Assembly (NCBI GenBank): GCA_033442325.1
Contig: JAWQFM010000035.1
Coordinates: forward strand, 455,799 to 519,798
Origin: Salpingoeca rosetta
Lineage: Eukaryota > Protista > Choanoflagellata
Length of the DNA stretch: 64,000 nt
Direction of reading: 5' to 3'
Notes under the pieces: generated by a model
The model's database searches: none
What the model was told of the DNA's origin: nothing
The model's input: the letters and a program-made list of their open reading frames with translations, nothing else
Part shown: positions 59,567 to 64,000 of the stretch, one piece after another
Layout of the letters: the number at the start of each line of letters is the position of its first letter
Position numbering within the stretch: position 1 is the stretch's first letter
Translations under genes and position numbers: made by a program

Positions 59567-60939
59567 ATGTGCGAAAACACAATGGCCACGGGATCATTGA
59601 GGCGACGCACAGCATGGGTGCCAGTGCATTTCCTCCCAGTGCATCTCCGCCACCACCACTACTGCGCACTTTTGTGGGCTTTTGTTGAGGCACTTGGACA
59701 TCTTCGCGTGTGAGCCAGGACTCGTGCTGATGGTGTGAGCAGCGTCAGTGGTGCAGGGTCCATGTGTGCAGCAACGTGAGCATGTGATATGGTGTGGTGT
59801 GTGTGTGTGTGTGTGCGTGTGTGTGTGTTTGCATGGGTTACAGAGAAACGACTGCGGGAACGCGGGAAACAGGCATCTCAATCGCNNNNNNNNNNNNNNN
59901 NNNNNNNNNNNNNNNNNNNNNNNNNNNNNNNNNNNNNNNNNNNNNNNNNNNNNNNNNNNNNNNNNNNNNNNNNNNNNNNNNNNNNTGATGGTGGTGTTGA
60001 TGGCGCTGGTGGTGAGCACGTGAACAACGGAGCCGGAAAGCGAGCACGGGTCTCGTACATGCACACAACTTTGTTCCACATACACACACTCACATGGACA
60101 CACGAGCAGGCTCATTGCGCTGCGATTGCGATGAACGCACCGCTCCTTGAGGTCGAGCATCTTGTCGAGAGGACCAATGTCAATCTTCGGATGGCCAAGC
60201 GCTTCCTGTTTTCACACAGCAGGCAATGCAATGACCGATGAAGGGATGGCAGACGTGCGAGTGCAAATCCAGACCAAAGTCAATGCCACGAGTACAACAC
60301 GCTTGTCTAAGAACACAAGACAGACAGACACACAGACAGACACAGACACACACACACAGACACACACACGCGTGCGCGCAAACACACACACACACACACA
60401 TAAACACAAACGCACCTCGACGATGTATGCAAACTCGTCCATCCAGATGATGGCCGTGCGCATTTTATTCTTCACCACGTGGTTGCCTGCAAGCAGCAGT
60501 GTCAGTAGTGTTGGCAATGGAGGGGAAAGGAGCAGACACAGGCACGGCCATCGTGGTCGCATGATGATGAGTACCTTGTGAGGTAAAATGGACGCAACAA
60601 GGGCGCACAAAAGGTGTACAGAACAGGACACACAGACACAGACACAGACACGAACACGAACACAAACACAAACACATGCACACACACACACACACAATGA
60701 ACACGCATCGTGTGTCACCTGGGAGGCTGTAAGCGCCACCGCCCTTCCTGAAGATGTGATAGACGCGAGAGCACGGCTCGCACTCGAGCACGCCGCCGCA
60801 CAGCCACAGCCGGAAGGACAGCTCAAGGTTCTCTGCACACGGTGAAGGAAGGGGAAGGGGAAGGGGAAGGTTGAATGGTGAATGGACGAGCAAACGGGTC
60901 GATGAGGCAGGGGGAGGATGGTGCCAGCGAAATACAAAG

Positions 60940-60970
<31 letters not shown>

Positions 60971-61762
60971 TCATACACACACTCTCTCTCACCTGTGCCC
61001 CAGAAGCCCCACTCCTCGTCGTAACCGCCAATCTCCCAGAAGAAGTCCGTGTGTCCGCCAAAGAGACCGCCCGCCATCGTCGGCGACCGGATCGCGTCCG
61101 TCTCTGCACCGCAGACCGTGATTTGAGGGGGTGGTGGTGGCGATTTGGGGTGAGCAAGTGGACGGACAGACGGACAGATACACGCAGACAGAGACAGAGA
61201 CACAGACAGACAGACACACAGACAGACAGACACACAGACACACAGACACACACACACACACCTGCTGCCCTGCGTTTCTTTTCTTGTTCCTGCAGCGGGA
61301 TTCCATGTTCGATTAACGTCCAGAGGAAACCGAGAGAGCAGCCGATTCCGCCCGCCTGCGGCACAAACGTCTCGGGATTGATGCTGCGCATGTGTGTGTG
61401 TGTGTGTGTTCATGTGCATGTGGATGTGTGAGGAAGAGGGAAAGTGGATGAACAAGGCGCGACAACAATGATGATGTGCACACGCTCGTGTGATTGTGTG
61501 CGGCGGTTCAAGTGCGCTGCAAACGAGAACGATGCGCAACACGCGTGCAACCACAACCACAACCACAACCACGACCACGACCACCGCGGCTGCACCTGTC
61601 GATTTGGGGCATGACCATCTTGTTGCGGCCCTCGGCGAGGTTGTGCATCAGCGGCTCGAGCCACCCGGGCTGAACCTGATAGTGGCGACACCAGGCATGA
61701 CGCGGCGGTGGGATAGTGGTATGGTGAGATCGTGCGCAACAGGGAGCGTGAGGGCGGCCTGC

Positions 61763-61860
<98 letters not shown>

Positions 61861-62061
61861 ACACATATCGACATAAACACAATAAATGCACACTACCACC
61901 GCTTTGTCACACCTCGATGTGGGAATCGAGAACGATGAATGTCTTGGCGCGCGCTTCCTGTGGTGTGGAGAAGGTGAGGGAGAAGGTGATGCATGAGCAA
62001 CACGGTGGGCCACTTGACAATCATGCGTATCAATATGCACAATCACGAACAAATCACATCA

Positions 62062-62094
<33 letters not shown>

Positions 62095-63205
62095 AGAACA
62101 CACACACACAAGAACACACACACAAGAACACACACACACACACAAGAACACACACACACACACACACACACACAAGAACACACACACACACACACTACAC
62201 AACACCACACACTGCACACCTTAATGCCCCTGAGCCTGGCCTTGACGAGACCCGAGCGGTGCGGCTGGCGAACGAGGCGCACTTTTGGCAATAACTTCAC
62301 ATAATCCTCCAGCTGTTGCTGCAGCCAGGGCTTGTCGCTGCCATCGTCAACAAGAACAATCTCTTGCAGCAGCTCTGGCGGTGACCTGAGACAATGCAAG
62401 GGTGTGTGTGTGTGTGTGGTGTGTGTGTGTGTGTGTGTGGTTGGGGCAGAGGGAAGAGGATAGAAGATGTGTCAGTGCGTGCACGCGACACAGGAAGACA
62501 CACACACACACAAAAAGCACAGACAAAGACACAATCACGAACAAAGACACAATCACGAACAATGAACGACATTCTACACCATTTCGTTTGTCCTCACCAC
62601 CCCCCTCGCCCAGCACTCCATCATCATCCACCATCACCTCCTCGTGCCCTGACCGGTTGAGGACGGAGTGCACGCTGCGCATGAGGGGCGACCACGCCTC
62701 GTTGTAGAAGACAATGACGACAGACGTCCGCGGCAGTGATGCAAGATCATGCTGGATGTTTTTGCATGCAGGCAAGCGATGATCTGGCACGTCGCGGTCG
62801 AGCGGAATACTGTCTGAGAGCTTGACATAGAAGCCGTTTCCTACCAGCTCCCGCCCCACGTGTTTCGTTGGCGGCGGTGGCGGTGATGGCTGGGTGCATG
62901 CAGGCAAGCGATGGGGAGGGAAGGGCGGATGAGGGGAGACAAGGGGGTGGTAGGGAAACAGTTGGATGAGCCAAAACATGGCCGCTGAAAGCAACGCACA
63001 CGCCCTCATACAAGCATTAACTCGCTGCAGGTCTGTCAACACAGAGACAGACAGACACAGACAGACACAGACACAGACACAGACACAGAGACAGAGACAG
63101 AGAGAGACGCAAACACAGAGACAGACGAGAGACGGACACATCCGAACACACACACACACACACATTCGCACACACACGTCCACACATCCACACATCCACA
63201 CACAC

Positions 63206-63236
<31 letters not shown>

Positions 63237-64000
63237 TCCACACGCACACACACACATCCACACGCACACATCCACACACACGTACCTGCCATCCTGGGGT
63301 GCCGTCTGGCTTGAGACCAACATGGCCGTGCATGCGCGTGTGTGTTGCATCTGGAAACTTGTAATCGCGCGGGAACTCGTGGTCGAGATCAACCTCATGT
63401 GGACCAGCGCTGTGGCCCGCGTTGGTGTTGTCACCGATAGCGTCGGTGCCGGCGTTGGCATCGTGCCCGTGCGCGTGCTTTGCAGGCTCCAGCTCAGCCA
63501 GCGCCGCCTTCAACGTGCGATGATGAGCGGAGCATAAGGGGGAGACCGAAGGGAGAGTGAAGGGAGAGTGAAGGGAGAGTGAGCTAGTGAGGGGACGTGT
63601 GTGCGTGTGTGCACATGTGTGTGTATGTGTGTGTGTGTGTGTGTGTGTGCGTGTGTGCACATGTGTGTGTGTGTGTATGTGTGTGTGTGTGTGTGTACGC
63701 GTGTGTACGCGTGTGTACGTGACTCGATGCAGTTGTGCGTGCAAGGTGTTGACTGTAAGTTGTACCTTTTCGATGAGCTTGTGAACACCATCCTCCTGTG
63801 CATGCTCGCTTTCTCGGACCACAGCAGGGTGCACATCCTACAGAAGACGTTCAAAAAGTTGGGGGGGGGGGGGGGTTCAAGCAACATAAATGCAAACATG
63901 AGTCGACACCACCAGCAGAAGCGACAGGAGATCGCCGACAATTTCACACACACCTGGACTCATTACACCGATGCGGGAATGTGCACACAAATGTTCTCAG
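58162..64000 (-). CDS. GALNT: Polypeptide N-acetylgalactosaminyltransferase (GT27) with a ricin-type lectin domain; 5' end beyond the window
   Basis: [54 protein letters not shown] (DxH), [27 protein letters not shown]|[29 protein letters not shown]; ricin-like C..PAQQW. Last exons are approximate. Confidence 0.93.
59886..59985. other. Assembly gap (100 N)
   Basis: Run of n. Confidence 1.

Overview
Eukaryotic, gene-dense DNA with introns full of (CA/GT)n and trinucleotide microsatellites. Gene content and style suggest a choanoflagellate, most like Salpingoeca rosetta (inference, not verifiable here). Intron-containing housekeeping genes: an ABC1/ADCK kinase (partial), eEF2, GINS Sld5, deoxyhypusine hydroxylase, Prp40, FAD synthase, an ankyrin-tailed asparaginase/lysophospholipase and a polypeptide GalNAc-transferase (partial, spanning a 100-N gap). 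Between them lie intronless accessory genes: Ro60/TROVE, a TIR-armadillo protein, four secreted 7-bladed beta-propeller paralogues and a WD40-TRP-like channel. Non-coding features: a box C/D snoRNA in eEF2 intron 2 with an 18-nt 18S guide, and three identical initiator-type tRNA-Met genes with an atypical anticodon stem. The most notable observations are (1) a candidate innate-immunity island (TIR-ARM head-to-head with mosaic beta-propeller genes), (2) a granulin-alpha/beta-hydrolase-TM fusion visible only after splicing, (3) the snoRNA, (4) the atypical tRNA-iMet, and (5) GT/CA-polarised introns. All exon boundaries were read by eye and no database searches were run.
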